From Lingula anatina (taxonomy: Eukaryota > Animalia > Brachiopoda), in contig CM120640.1 in assembly GCA_051362555.1 (NCBI GenBank), positions 19,592,001 through 19,656,000 on the forward strand: DNA of 64,000 bases, written 5' to 3'. Positions 22,873 through 37,400 of the stretch are shown piece by piece. Numbering within the stretch: the first letter of the stretch is position 1; the number at the start of each line of letters is the position of its first letter. The position numbers and the translations under genes are program-made. The notes below the pieces were generated by a model. That model was not told where the DNA came from and ran no database searches. It was given only the letters and a program-made list of their open reading frames with translations.

Positions 22873-24180
22873 ATGCATATCAGTGCTAGTGCTACGTTGT
22901 TGGGTAAGTGTGATGCAAGAAGGTTGCACAGATTTGATTTAGAATGCGAGTTTTCTTTCAACAAATAGCTATTTTGGCAGTATTAGAATCCCTTTCGATG
23001 AACAAGCCATGAGCGTTTCTTTTTTACTGGATCTTACCTAGAAACAGTATTTACCATTTTTGCCTCGTGAAACTTTTATATCGGATTTAAATCTCACACC
23101 CCTTTAGTTCCTAATGCCACTTTCATATTGGTAAATAGAAATATAATGTTTAAACATCTTTTTGATACCTACGCGAACGTATGCGGGTCCTTCAGGGGTG
23201 TCATTGCTGTATTTTAGTCCCTTTTGCCGTTGTATTGCACTGTGGCACAGTAGTACATGGGTGTCGAAAGTTCTGTAAGCTACAAGACTGCACCACAGAT
23301 GGAAACGGTGACCAATTGCTGGAAGTGATCCACGATGCAACCGTGATAGATTGCATGCAAAGGTGTGGGCAAGACGAAAGGCAAGTTGGCTTATATCTTT
23401 ACTTACATTTTGCATCGTGTGCCTAAAATGAAAAAAATATATTGTGCAAGAGTTGTAAACAAGCTTCATTCTTTCAAATCAAACCAGACAACTCTGAAAC
23501 AACGATGCTCTTAGGCATTCGGATAGTTTTTTTGCTGATAAGTTCTGTATACATATATACTCAATTGTTGATATAAACCATTCATCGTAAAAAAACAATT
23601 CGATGATGGACGCGCCCAAGAATCCTCTGCTACATATTGCGAAGCTTTTATCTTTAAATCTTGGAAATTTTCACGTTCCTCCAAATCTTTCAAAACCGGA
23701 CCTCGGCTATACACAGGCATGTAAATGGCAGGTTTGCAATTACGAAAAGTTCTGGCGAAACACGTTTTATGGCTACGGTTAAGTCATTGATTTTGTGGGC
23801 TGTTGCAAACTTTTATTAGTCAGGAAACGGCATTCGGTATTACCGGGTTATTAGCTTAATCAGGAAACGGCATCTGGAATTTACTGCATCAAGCACTTTG
23901 AAAATTCTCTGTCCAATTACTAATTCATACAATTTCATATAATTTGCCATTATCATTTTGCATTTATTTTTTTCAGCTGTCAGTCGTTTTCATACAAAAA
24001 ATCAGTCAGCAAGTGTAAACTTTACAATGGAGATGTGCTTGCAGAAGGAGCTTGCAGAAGACATAATGAACAATACGCAATTTATTCCACAGCGGCTTGC
24101 AAAATCTCCGCAGTATCTCCAGTCACTGAAAGGAACACGGCACAAGGTAAATGTTTATATATGACTTTAATGTAAAATGT

Positions 24181-24217
<37 letters not shown>

Positions 24218-25855
24218 ATTCCATAATATACAAATTATGACAAATTTATAAATAATTCGGGCAAAACAGAAGGATTGTATATACATAGGCTTAACCGAAA
24301 AAACAACCATCTATTATCTGGCCTTGTTTTACGACAATGCTTTTTGGCATAACCTAATACACCTAGAGATGTCTCGCACATATGGATTAATAAAAACATT
24401 AGCAACTACTTGTGGAAAGTTATTTCTAATTGCAGCTGTTTTTACACAGAAACAAACCACGTGGCTTTCAGACTGTATACTCTCACATCTCTGTCCACCT
24501 TCGTTTCACTTTTTCTAAATTATGCGCGGACAGTCTTAGCCTTGTTTTGCTAGTCGGTAATATTGTTGCCAGTGTGAATTTGGGCTAATATTAATTGAAC
24601 AAAATTTAATTTACTACCATCTGTCGCTCGTACGATATAGGCCTAGCCTAGCCTTTTCGTGACAACTTCCATATAACATTTAAAGGGTCATTCATCTATG
24701 ACATTTTTCTGACATTTACAAGCTTAGAAATAAAATTATTTTGGATGTTATGGATTCCTCCTCCTACTCCGAGTTTTAATTTTACTTAATCGTCGCTCTA
24801 GATATTGGCACAACAGCTGGAGATCAACCAGTTATGACCACAACGGGCACAGTTCAACCAGATACTACAACAACTGCGTCAGCTTATCCCACTGCTGCCA
24901 CCAATGTAGCTGCTGGAAACTGTTCTGCCTTCGTCAGGTATGACCACCAGGTCACATCCGATGGTCCGAGCTCCGTTGACAAATATGATACTGGTGGCAT
25001 TGGTAAGTGAAATAGTTTTTTCCTCGAAAGTTTTCTATTTTACTATATTCTTAAACCGTTTTTATATTTTTATTATGCTAAAACTGTTTAGAACTGGTGT
25101 ACTATGTGTTTAGTTTGCCTCGATATTGGATAATCTATACATTTATTAGTTTTTTTTAAAGACAATTAAATTCTAAATATTGTATTTTGTGTTTTAATGT
25201 AACACTTTGTTCGTTTTTCTCTAAAGGGTATACCGTAGAGAACTGTCAGACATTTTGTCTGGCTGAGAACACGTTTCACTGCACCGCAGTGAATCACATA
25301 ATCGACCATGGTCATGGCCTAGGCTATTGTAAACTATATGGCTTCGTTCCCTACGCAGAGAATAATGTAATTTCCTACAGAAAATTCTGCACGGATGAGG
25401 CTCTAAGTACGTCGTAAGAGAGTATCAACTGTTTTCGCCGCTTTAGATGGATATTTAATTTACTCTTTATAAAATCAGATGGCGACCCTGAACTGAAACA
25501 TATTTCACGTGTTGCATTTTTTCAATTGTTTTCAAATATTCTTGCTTGATAATGTTTTCTTTCTTGGATCATATACTTTTTATTACTGTTTATATAACAT
25601 GACAAAGTCTGACAATTTCACGCATAATTTTTTTCAGGTTCCTGTTTCTTAGAAGAATTGGGTCAAAATCTTTCCATATATCACACACTTCAGTACTCGG
25701 TGGGTAACAGTTCTTGTGCCTCGCAGTGCTTTGACAAAGAACGCTGTATTGGATACAGCACATTTACAACGTACAATCTCTGCCGACTTTTCTTCCAAAG
25801 AAAATATCCTCGAAATTGGGCCACCCTCTCTATTCGCCTCCGCAAATGTGGATAA
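22873..25855 (+). CDS. Secreted triple PAN/apple-domain protein, paralog 2 (~320 aa)
   Basis: Exons 22873-22903, 23218-23380 (GC donor), 23977-24146, 24802-25002, 25227-25406, 25638-25855, in frame, with the same architecture as paralog 1. Confidence 0.85.
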
Positions 25856-27455
25856 AAAGCACCAAGGTTGACAAAATTTGGACACACGTGCACTATTTTT
25901 CACGCGCGAGCGTATAAACAAAGACAAGACACTCCAACGCACGTGCACACTCCATGCACAGTCCCATACTATCGACATTGATCCTATCAAATTAAAGGTC
26001 TTGGTCCTAAGCGAATGCAAAATGTGTAATATCCAACACTTCACTTATAAAAGCCGCTAAAAATATCAACCAGAATCCAAACCACACGTGTAAACTTTAG
26101 GCAATCCACATATTCTACTTTCACTTTTAGATTATCTCGGTGACAGAGAAGAAATAAAATGATATTGATAGTAAAAATGCTTTTTTGTAACAAACTGCAA
26201 ATTTACTCACGTGAGCTATTTGGATTGACTGTTGGCCATCTTTGTCAGGTGCTGAGTGACACAGATAGCATTGTGTCACATAGTCGAGAATATTTGTCGC
26301 TATGTGACACAACGCCATCTGTGAGAGATGTCACGTGAGTAAATATGCAGTTTGTGGCATAAGAGTATTTTACCTATTATCATCCACAAAAGTGATGAGC
26401 CTTTTTATACATCTGTTTATAGATGATATAGATTACTTTCACTCCATAACTTTAAGGAGACTTGAATTGGATTTTAATGTACATAAGAATATTATAAGAA
26501 TATTACAAAAGATTTTTTAGATTTGATCAGATGAGAAAATGTGTACAGTGCCACTATTTTGTCAACATACAGCCTTTAAAACTTGCGTGATTTGGATTAT
26601 TTTTTTATTTTATTATTATTATTTTTTTTTTTTTGAAAAAGATCAGGCTTCAAAGAATTCTAAATGAAAATAGCATTATTCCATGTGAGAATGTGAGGTA
26701 ATGTGAGATTCTATACTTAAATTGTTTTACATAATATCTGTGTATAAAAACCAGTACGACTTTGCATCTTACTATCCAATATAATAATAATAGTATTTAC
26801 AATGTTCATTTTAATTGTCAGAATTGTCAGAATTTTTTATGTTTAAAAACATAATTTATCAGTTTGGAATTATTCTTACCTACTTTTTACTGTATCGGCG
26901 AAAAAGCCATGCATTATTTGTACTTTGTCATACAAATTGTCAAGCAGAAAGTATCTTTTATTATTGTATAATGTACACATAGATAAATATCATTTAAGTA
27001 AGTGTTCATCTTTACGCTCATATTTCATGGTCATTCAAGTCAACGAAGTAAATATTGGACTGAAATTCTCATTATACGCAAGATACAAATTTCAATGATA
27101 TTCTATTAAATAGATTTAACTAACAAGACGCGGTGATTCCATGACCAAATCAACACAATTAATATAGTGATTGCATGCACACCTGAAGGGCAGAAGTCAG
27201 AAATCACTCGCTCCGCTGACGGCCTTTCATTTGAGTTAGGTCTTTGACAAGATCGATAAAAACCGCAAGAAGATAGCCATAAGTGGCCGAGGTTGCGACC
27301 ACTGTTTGTACTTATGCGGTAATCAATTAATTTTGTTCTGTCTCAAGGAAAAGGAAATTTGCATCCAATTACCCGTTGTGTGGTGCCTAAATTTCGATTG
27401 CCGAAAGAAAAACGCCAGTTTTAATTGTGGCTTTAATTTGTACACTGCGTCTAAA

Positions 27456-30400
27456 ATGCGTCTCAGTGCTACGTTGATGGGTAAGTGTGATGCAAGAAGG
27501 TTGCACAGATTTGATTTAGAATGCGAGTTTTCTTTCAACAAATAGCTATTTTGGCAATATTAGAATCCCATTCGATGAACAAGCCATGAGCGGTTCATTC
27601 TTACTTGACCTTACCTAGAAACAGTTCATGTTCATTTACCATTTTTGCTTCGTGAAACTTTTATATCGGATTTAAATCTCACATCCCTTTAGTTCCTAAT
27701 GTCACTTTCATAGTGGTAAATAGAAATATAATGTTAAACATCTTTTTGATACCTAAGCGGACGTATGCGGGTTCTACACGGGTGTCATTGCTGTATTTTA
27801 GTCCCCTTTGCCGTTGTATTGCACTGTGGCACAGTAGTACATGGGTGTCGAAAGTTCTGTAAGCTACAAGACTGCACCACGGATGGACACGGTGACCAAT
27901 TGCTGGAAGTGATCAACGATGCAACTGTGATAGATTGCATGCAAAGGTGTGGACCAGACGAAAGGCAAGTTGGCTTATATCTTAGCTTACATTTCGGTAG
28001 TGGGCCTTTAAGAAAAAAGTACATTGCGCGCAAAGCTTTATTCTTTAAAGATGAAACCGAACCAGTTTGGTATAATAAGATTATATTTTCTTTGTTTTAT
28101 TGTCATAAGTTATGGCAAACGTGTTTATCACATAGTTCAAAATTTCTTTTTATCTTTTAGTTTTTCATTTAGTAATAAGTTGATGAATACATGATCAATA
28201 ATTTTTATTTGTTATGAATTGCCCCTGCATTCAAGTGTAATCAATACTAACTTAATAGAACTATCTGACCAGTCGTTCGTATATAAACTAAAACTGACGT
28301 TGCTTGGTAGCCTAATAACTGCTTATTTTATGCATTTACCGCTTAAGTGTTTAACATAAATGCGATTTCAAGATGCATTTAAACAACTAAAAACTATAAT
28401 AAAAAAAACGAAACATTTACAGAATAGAATAATTAAAGCAAAATTAAGCTATCCAAATTGAGATAACACCTGGTATTATACTTTAACTTTATTATTACTA
28501 TGTACATGTATTTAAACTTAAGTATATTATAATTAGTAGTGTAGAGAGCCTATAAATGTACACTCATTTCATGTGCTCAATAAATTATTATTATTATTAT
28601 AAATTAAGAGCGAAACAAAGATGCTCTATTAGACATTTGGATAGTTTTATTGTTTAACTAGAAAAGCACTCCGAGAGCGCAAAGGCTCCACCCAATGCCG
28701 TTTCACCCCTAAATGTTCGATATTTTTTATTATTGATTGATTATTGATCCGGATTACTGATTATTGATTGATTATTGATTTGGATCACCACCAAAAACTA
28801 TTCATCTGTTCCTTGGCCCACTTCTGACAGTTCCTGAAAATGTCATCAGAATCGGTCCATAACTTTTTCTGTAATGTTGCTAACAGACAGACAGACAGAC
28901 AAACTAACGGAACCAAAAACATAACCTCCTTGGCGGAGGTAATGAGTTTTTTATACAGGTATTCAATCGCGGAAAACTACCAAAGAAGATGTACTGTAAA
29001 AGCATCAAATTCTGCAGCTACACTCGAGCATTAAGCTCACGGAACTCTTGGCGACTCACAATTTACAGATGGATCCTCTACTACACATCACAAGAGCTAT
29101 TTTCTTTAAATTTTGCAAATTTTCACGTTCCCCCAAATCTTGTAATGATGATGGGAGACTTAAAGTTTAAGACCAACATTCTCGAGGTCCATAATGTTTG
29201 CTTGTTCGATGTCAAAGAAACCGATTGCCAATTTTCTTTTACCCTAGTCTACATTAACTTTTAACTTATAAAAAAGCTTGAATAAATTTCACTGTTTATT
29301 ACGTATAACAAACAAATGAATTAAAACCCTGACTTAAACACCACTGGATATAAAATCAGTTCTTTGCATGGTTTTGAACTGGTCTCCCTGGTAGTTTCGT
29401 TATATTTGACTCTTGCGTTATTCATGCAAATCGAGCTTATGCATCATTTTATCACATTCAATTGATCTGTTTGTGTTGGTAATCTTCCATATTGGTTAAA
29501 GTTTCTAAAAGCACATTGTAGTTACAGAGGCCAAAACACAGAAGGAAGGAAGTAATTTAAAATGAACAGGATAAACAGATAATAACTTACTGTCCCATGA
29601 AGCTTTTTGCGCAAACTTTTATCTGTGTTTTGCTGCAATCGATATTCTCTATTATAGTACATTTCAGTGCACATTAGATTGATGCGGTGGCTGAGTTTGA
29701 TCACTCGTCACATACGCTTCACCTGGTGTCTTGCATCTCCACAAACACCAATTTGTTTTTGAAATAGAATGAAAATAACTTGCATCCCTATCGACAGACA
29801 TGAACAAACTTTTATTCACTGTATCATTTAACAGATCAACACATAATGTCGACGCATATATCGAATTTAGAGACGAGTTCTCCGTTTGTATAAAGAAACG
29901 TGTTCTTTACCTCAACTATCGCGTAATGGCCCTTGTATAATATCACCGAGGAAAAGAAAGGAAAATACTCACTAAACTTGATATTGTTTTGTCAGTGCGA
30001 ATTACATTGCATTTTCCTAGTATTGCACACATCTTATGGGTGAGTGATCAATTGTTTTGCTTTGTGCATGATTATGGCAAATCTTCACATTTCTGACAAA
30101 ATTCTTTTGTGACGTAGATTTTGAGTCTGGTGAGACGTTTAGGTCATATTGTAAAACTTACTCTTAAATAAAAATGAAACGGGATTTAAAAATTGCTTTT
30201 TTATTCATTAAATAACCTTAAACTTTTTTTAAATGTCAGTAGTAGACTATATTAAGAAAATAATCGTTTACATATTTCTAAGTTTATAAGGAATTTGAAT
30301 AAAGATATGTGTCACTAAATAGGAAGAACACAATGTGAAATTTGACCAAAATCTGTCGTTACTAAACTTGTGAATCTTGTTAATATTTTTACTTATGCAA

Positions 30401-33232
30401 CTTTCTTACAAAAGAGACAAGAGGTTAGGTTGTAATTGCAATTTTTTACATTTATAAAAGAAATACCATCGCTTTTTTCGTAACCACCAAGGTAAAGAAA
30501 CCCCAAAACTATTCAAAGGTTTCTATCTATAAAGCCATTTAAGTCCAATCTTTTAGCTTTTAATTTATTTACGTAATGGAAGTTGGGGCTAATGAATTTC
30601 TTTTATGACGGATAAAATGAAATTTGTAACTTATAAACGAATCAATAAATCGGAATTTTTCTTAACGGTTTTGAATAAGGTAGACTCTATAACTTGTTGA
30701 AAGGCCCACAGAAAATAATGCTAAATTTTTCAGAAATTCTTAGCTATGGACCATAACTCGTACTGTATGCCTTTTATTAAATTTTCATTATCATTTTGCT
30801 TTTGCATTTTTAGCTGTCAGTCGTTTTCATATAAACAATCAGCCAGCAAGTGCAAACTTTACAACGTCGATGTGCTTGCGGGAGGAACTTGCAGAAAATA
30901 TAGTACACAATATGCAATTTATTCTACGGCGGCTTGCAAAACCTCCGCAGTATCTCCAGTCACGGAAGGATACACGGCACAAGGTGAATGTTTACATATT
31001 ACGTAAATGTAAAATGGTTAGTTGTAGGTTCCAGGAGGGTTTGGGATTCCGACAAAACAAACGCAACTTGATATAATCAAAGTGCATTAGACAAGGGGTT
31101 ATTTACCAAAAAAGTTAATTCATTTGCGTAGGAACATTATAAACGTTGCAAACATCACAATTTTATAGTATTTGAATATTTTGATAAAAATTATGATGCG
31201 TATTTTTGAATTGGCTTTGACGTAATCGACGTCTTAACTGCATTGATGATGTGCGAGGCCATGTGTTTGTTTTACTTTGCTACGGAGTTCTGGCCTGTTG
31301 AAAACCAACAGCCAAAGGATTTTGCATTTTGTTCTTTTCAAAAACAGGCTATTTTACAAAATAAGCCTCCCCCTTCCTTATGATTTAGAATACGTAAAAC
31401 GTGCAACTGTTAATATATCTATCTAATTCAGACCAATGTAGTTTCGATTTCTTTTGTTTGAGAAAACAATCCTGGGGCAACAAATTTCACTCTTTTACTC
31501 TAGATATTTCCACAACAGCCGGACCTCAACCAGTTGATGCCACAACAGCCGGAGCTCAACCGGTCATTGCCACAACAGCCGGGGCTCAACCAGTTGTCAA
31601 CACAAAAGCAGGGGCTCAACCAGTTGTTGCCACAACAGCCTGGGCTCTACCAGTTGTCACCACAACGGCCGGGGGTCAACCAGTTGTCGCCACAACAGCC
31701 GGGGCTCAACCAGTTGTCGCCACAACAGCTGGGGGTCAACCAGTTGTCGCCACAACGGCCGGGGGTCAACCAGTTGTCGCCACAACGGCCGGGGGTCAAC
31801 CAGTTGTCGCCACAACAGCCGGGGGTCAACCAGTTGTCGCCACAACGGCCGGGGGTCAACCAGTTGTCGCCACAACAGCCGGGGGTCAACCAGTTGTCGC
31901 CACAACAGCCGGGGGTCAACCAGTTGTCGCCACAACAGCCGGTCCTCAACCAGTTGTCGCCACAACAGCCGGGGGTCAACCAGTTGTCGCCACAACAGCC
32001 GGTCCTCAACCAGTTGTCGCCACAACAGCCGGTCCTCAACCAGTTGTCGCCACAACAGCTGGAGCTCAACCGGTCATTGCCACAACAGCCGGGGCTCAAC
32101 CAGTTGTCGCCACAACAGCCGGTCCTCAACCAGTTGTCGCCACAACAGCCGGGGGTCAACCAATTGTTACCACAACAGCCGGAGCTCAACCAGATGCTAC
32201 TACTACTTCAGCTTGTCCCACTACTGCCACCATTGTAGCTGATGTCTCTGCTGGAAACTGTTCTGCCTTCATCAGGTATGAAAACCATATCACATACGAT
32301 GGCTCTACATCCCTTGCCAAATATGATTCTGGTGGCATTGGTAAGTGAAGTCTAATTTTTTTCTATCGGCAGTTTTCTATTTTACCATATTCTTAAACCT
32401 TAAATCTTATTACACCAAAATGTTATTACTGGCTTGCTATGTGTTTGGTTTGCCTTGATGTTGGATAATCTGCCGTATACATTATTGAATATGTAGCTTA
32501 CTTGCTACAACTTGGATAAAAAAGCACTGTCAGTTTTTTAAAGACAATTGTATTTTGCACACCTGCGTCTTTTGTTTTGTGTATTTAAATGCAACGCTTT
32601 GTTGTTTTTTTCTCTAAAGGGTATACCGTGGAGGACTGTCAGGCGTTTTGTCTCGCGGAGAACACGTTCTACTGCACCGCAGCGAATCACTTTAGCGACT
32701 ATGGCTATGGCCTCGGCTATTGCCAACTATTTGGTTACGTTCCCTACACAGAGAATTATGTAATTTCCTATAGAAAATACTGCACGGATGAGGCTCTAAG
32801 TACGTCTGTTAAGATACTTCGTTGTTATTGAGAAGCAACTGTTTTCGTTGTTTTAGATGGATATTTAGTTTTACATTCTTTATAAAATAAACGTATTTAG
32901 CGTGCTTTTTTTTGATGCTTTTCAAATAATCTTGCTTGAAAATGTAATTATTTTAATCAGTGTTCTGATATAATCTGACAAACTCTGACATTGCCATACA
33001 TAATTTCTTTTCAGGTTCCTGTTACTTAGAAGAATTGGGTCAAAATCTTTCCGCATATTACACTCTTCAGTACACGGTGGGCAACAGTTCTTGTGCCTCA
33101 CAGTGCCTTAACAAAGAACGCTGCGTTGGATACAGCACATTTACAACGTACAATCTCTGCCGGATTTTCGAACAAAGAAAAAATTCTCGATCGGGGGCCA
33201 CTCTCTCTATTCGCGTACGCAAATGTGGATAA
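27456..33232 (+). CDS. Secreted triple PAN/apple-domain protein with expanded mucin-like (TTAGxQPVVA)n linker, paralog 3 (~530 aa)
   Basis: Exons 27456-27480, 27802-27964 (GC donor), 30814-30983, 31504-32340, 32620-32799, 33015-33232 sum to 1593 nt in frame. Confidence 0.85.
28656..28943 (-). mobile_element. Short Helentron-associated non-autonomous element (HINE) in intron 2 of paralog 3
   Basis: AACTAGAAAAGCACTC..GAGCGC at one end; (ACAG)n microsatellite and terminal hairpin ACCTCC-TTGGC-GGAGGT at the other. Homologous intron positions in paralogs 1, 2 and 4 lack this segment. Confidence 0.75.
31511..32200 (+). repeat. Coding 30-bp minisatellite, ~23 units (CACAACAGCCGGGGGTCAACCAGTTGTCGC), encoding TTAGGQPVVA
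   Basis: Direct reading. There are ~7 degenerate units in paralog 4 (37991-38200) and ~2 in paralogs 1 and 2. Confidence 0.95.
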
Positions 33233-34415
33233 AAACTTCCACAGTTGAAAAAATGCGTGAAGATACGCCAACGTATAAGCAAAGACAAGATACTCAAACG
33301 CATCTACACACTCCTTGCACAAAGTGGCCTGCTCTCGACCTTGATCCCACCAAATCACGGGTCTTGGTCCTAAGTGAATGAAAAATAAGTAATATCCAAC
33401 ACTTCAGTTATAACGGCCACTAAAAATCAACCAGAATTCAACCGTTTAAACTCCACATACTCTAATCAATTTCACTTTCTAGGTTCTCTCGGAGAGTGGA
33501 AAAATTAGACGATACTGATTACTTTCACTTTCACTTTGCAACTCGAAGAAGATTATACTGTACAAGTTACATACAGAAAGATTTAGTTTTTTTTTAGATG
33601 TGTTGAGATAAGGATATGTATACAGTGCGACTATTTTGTCAACATTGGATTATTTTGGAAAGAGACCACACTTCAAAGAGCTCTTAATGAAAATAGTTTT
33701 ATGCAATGTTAGATTTAATACAACTTTTAACATAATATTTATAAAAACCAGTACGACTCTGTATCTTACTATCTTATATAAATGTAATGATAAAATATTA
33801 TTTATAACTTGTTAATTATGCGTTATTCTTCGGGTTGGAATTATTTTACTGACCTTCTACTTTATAGAATAAATAGCCGTGTATTGTTTGTACTTTCGCA
33901 CTATGCTATATATAACGTCCAGCAGAGAGTATATTTTCTTACTGCAAAATGTACACATGGATAACTACCAATTTAAAAAAGTGTTCATTCATGCAATTAT
34001 TTTCATGGCCATTCAGTCAACGACAATCAATAAACGAGACAAATTTCAGTGATAGTCTGATAAATAGATTAAACTAACAAGTCGCGTGGTAGTTATAAAA
34101 CGCAATAAACAACTCCACAATTTACGTAGTGATTGCATGCACACCTTAAGGGCAGAAGTCAGGAATCATACACTCCGTTGACCGTCTGTTTATTTGTGTT
34201 AGGTCCTTGACTAGATCGATAAAAAGCCCAGGAAGATGACCATTAGTGGACGAGGCGGTGGCCACTAGTGGGGCTTAGGGAGTTATGATCAATTCATATT
34301 GTTTTGTCTCAAGGAAAAGGAAATTTGCATCCAGTTACTCGTGTGGTGTCTAAAACTCGGGCGCCGAAGGAAAAACACCAGTTTTGATCTTGACTGTGAT
34401 TACACTGTGTCTAAA

Positions 34416-37400
34416 ATGCGTCTCAGCGCTCCGCTGTTGGGTAAGTGTTATGCAAGAACGTTGCACAGATTTGATTTTAACATGCAAGTTTACTATTAAG
34501 AAATCGTTGTTATAATAGGATTATTCCCCTTTCGATGAAGCAAGTCATGTGCGTCTCATGCATACGTGATCTTATCTAGAAACAGTTAATGTTCATTTAT
34601 CATTTTTCTTCTTCTTTGTATTAGACTTAAATCTCTCATTCATTTTGTTTTTGATGTCCATCACATTGGCAGATAGAAGTATAATTTTAAAACATATCAG
34701 TTTGACACCTAAGTAAATGTATGTGGGTCTTATGTGTATGTAATTCCCATATTTTAGTCCTCTCTGCCGTTGTATTGCTCACTGGCACAGTAGTACATGG
34801 GTGTCGACAGTTCTGTAAGCTACAAGACTGCACCGCGGATGGACACAGTAACCAATTGCTAACAGTGATCAACGATGCAACTGTTATGTACTGCATGCAA
34901 AGGTGTGGACAAGACGAAAGGCAAGTTGAGTTTTGCATGCATTTTAACATACATTTTGGGTATTTGTCTTTTTTGGGAGAGGATATTGCGCGCAGATTTT
35001 ATGGACGAGCTTCATTTTTTGTAGATCAAACCAAATCAATTTGGTGTAATAAGTTTTTTCTTTGTTTTATTTTGTCATAAAGTATGGCAAATTTGACTTG
35101 CTCTTTTTTTCACTTATTAACACTTACATGAGAGATATATCTGACCAGTCATTCGTGTACAGACCAAGAAGTGCTTACAAGCTGTCGTAAAGGAATAAAC
35201 GACTATGTTATGCAATTACCGCTTTATCGCTTAAAGAGATGACAACTGTTCATTTTGGCCAAAAAATGAATTTTCCTGGGGTAAAGAACAATTTTCCCAT
35301 ACTTACCAATGGTAAATGAATCCATTCCCACATTCAAAATAAGTCTGGTTTTTTTACTAAAATGTTTGGTTTTTTGTTATAATCTCTTAAGAGATTATTA
35401 CAGAGTGTAGCCATCTATGGAGGTCGCGTGATGTGATGGCAAGCAGAAATTAGAAAATAATTGTGTTAACCGCCGTTTTGGGGGTAAAATAGAATTTATT
35501 GTATTTCTATGAGTTATTTACAATGTATTTATTGTGAAATATGGATATCGTACGAACGGTTGTTATCCCTTTAAAGGATTTGACTTAATTCATACTTATT
35601 CTAAAATGAGTTTTAAGATCCAATAAAAACAACCCTAAATATGAAAAATATTAAAAACATGTAAAGTAAAGATAATCATATAAGCGAAATCAAAAGCGAA
35701 ACGACGATGCTGCATATATTGTATTAGACATTTAGATGATTTTATTGTTTGGTAACTTCTTTATACATGCATCCAATCGCAGATACAAGCAGTAGAAGAT
35801 TCACTGAAAGAGCATCACATTTTGCAGTTACACTTGAGTGCTAAGCTCATGCAACTCGTGTGCTATATAATTCAAATTTCGAAGCCGAAGGAACCTCTGC
35901 TACACATTGAGAAGCTATTCATTAAAATCTAGCATTAAAATCGTGTAAGACCTGGCCTAAGCTATACAAACACATCCATGTGAATGGTAGGTTTTTTGTG
36001 ACGGAAAACTTCTGGCGCTAAACGATAACTTTTCTGGAAAAGATCCTTCAGTTTTTCAAGAGAATGCATCTCATGTGGAATGATGGGTGAGTAAACGTTT
36101 AAAAACAACTCTCCCCGTAGTCTGCCACTCGTGGATGGATGGCACCCCGTCGATCTTTTATCACCATAATGATATATTGTTGACATCGAAAAAATGAGAA
36201 TGAATTAAGTCAAAATGAAATACTCTTTCATTCTTAGCTCATACCAAGTTGTCATCTTAAAAGTTTTTGCTGATTTTTGAATGAATAGATTTTAAAAAAG
36301 TTAACTGAGCATTAAATTAAGAGGTGTCAAAAATGCAACTTGAATCAGTTTCATGGTGCTTTAATACTGCTTATACATATTGCTTGAATAATTCACTATC
36401 TTCTATGCCTTTAGGTCTACTTATGTGAACTGGTACATCATAACTTACTCATTGTGTTTATGTATGTAAAACGCGCTTATACATCATTAAATCGTATTCA
36501 GTTGATCTATTTATGCTGGCAATTTACCATATAAGTTACAGGGACTAAAAGAGGGATATTGACGTTGCAGAGACCAAAGCTAAGTGAAGTGAGAAGGAAA
36601 TAATTTAACATAAACATGATAAACAGATAATAACTTACCATTAAGCCTTTGGTGATGACTTTTATCCACGTTTTGCAGCGATCGATAGTCTTAATTATAG
36701 CTTATTTCAGTGATGCGGTGGATAAATTTGTTCACTCACAAGAAACGCTTTACGGTTACCTTGCATCCTTTCATCCCTATCGACAGATTTGCACATATCT
36801 TTCATTCATTTAGCAGACCAACACAAATATAGAATTTAGATATGATGTTTCTGATTGCATAAAGAAACGTGTGTTCTTTACCTCATCTATCGTGGAATGG
36901 CACCTGAATAATGTCACTGAGAAAGGGAAATGAAAGCACTCACCAAATAATCGTTTGCTTTTCTAGGTTTATTTGGCGTTGGAATTAAGGTGTGTCTGTG
37001 AACTTTGACCAGTTTGACTGTTGTTTCTTCACTTGATTATCTTGCTAATTTATTTTACTAGTGCGACTTCCAAAAAAGAATATGCATGATGTTGTAATTG
37101 CATTTTTTTTACATATTTGTTATTTGTAAAAAAAAATACCATAAGCCTACATAGCCTTTACCACCAAGGTAAAGAAATTCCAAAACAATCCACAGGTTTC
37201 TATGAATAAAATTTTAAGTTCAAGTCACTTTGGAAATGGGGACAAATGAGTTTTACTATAGACGGCAAAAATGAAAATTCAATACTTACAAGCGCATTTA
37301 TAGATCCTTTGGATGGATTTAAATGGGTGCTGATAATCTACAGAGAATAATTCTCACATATCGAGTTTTTTTCTTTTAATATAGTTTGCCTGTAACATAT

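Noticed and set aside
31511-32200. CRISPR-like appearance of the regular 30-bp repeat
   Set aside because: Head-to-tail repeats with no unique spacers, inside a eukaryotic exon, with no cas genes.
31534-32238. Alternative-frame and antisense ORFs over the 30-bp repeat (PQQPGVNQLS, GCCGDNWLTP, WRQLVDPRLL)
   Set aside because: Artefacts of a stop-free minisatellite. Only the TTAGxQPVVA frame joins the flanking exons in phase.
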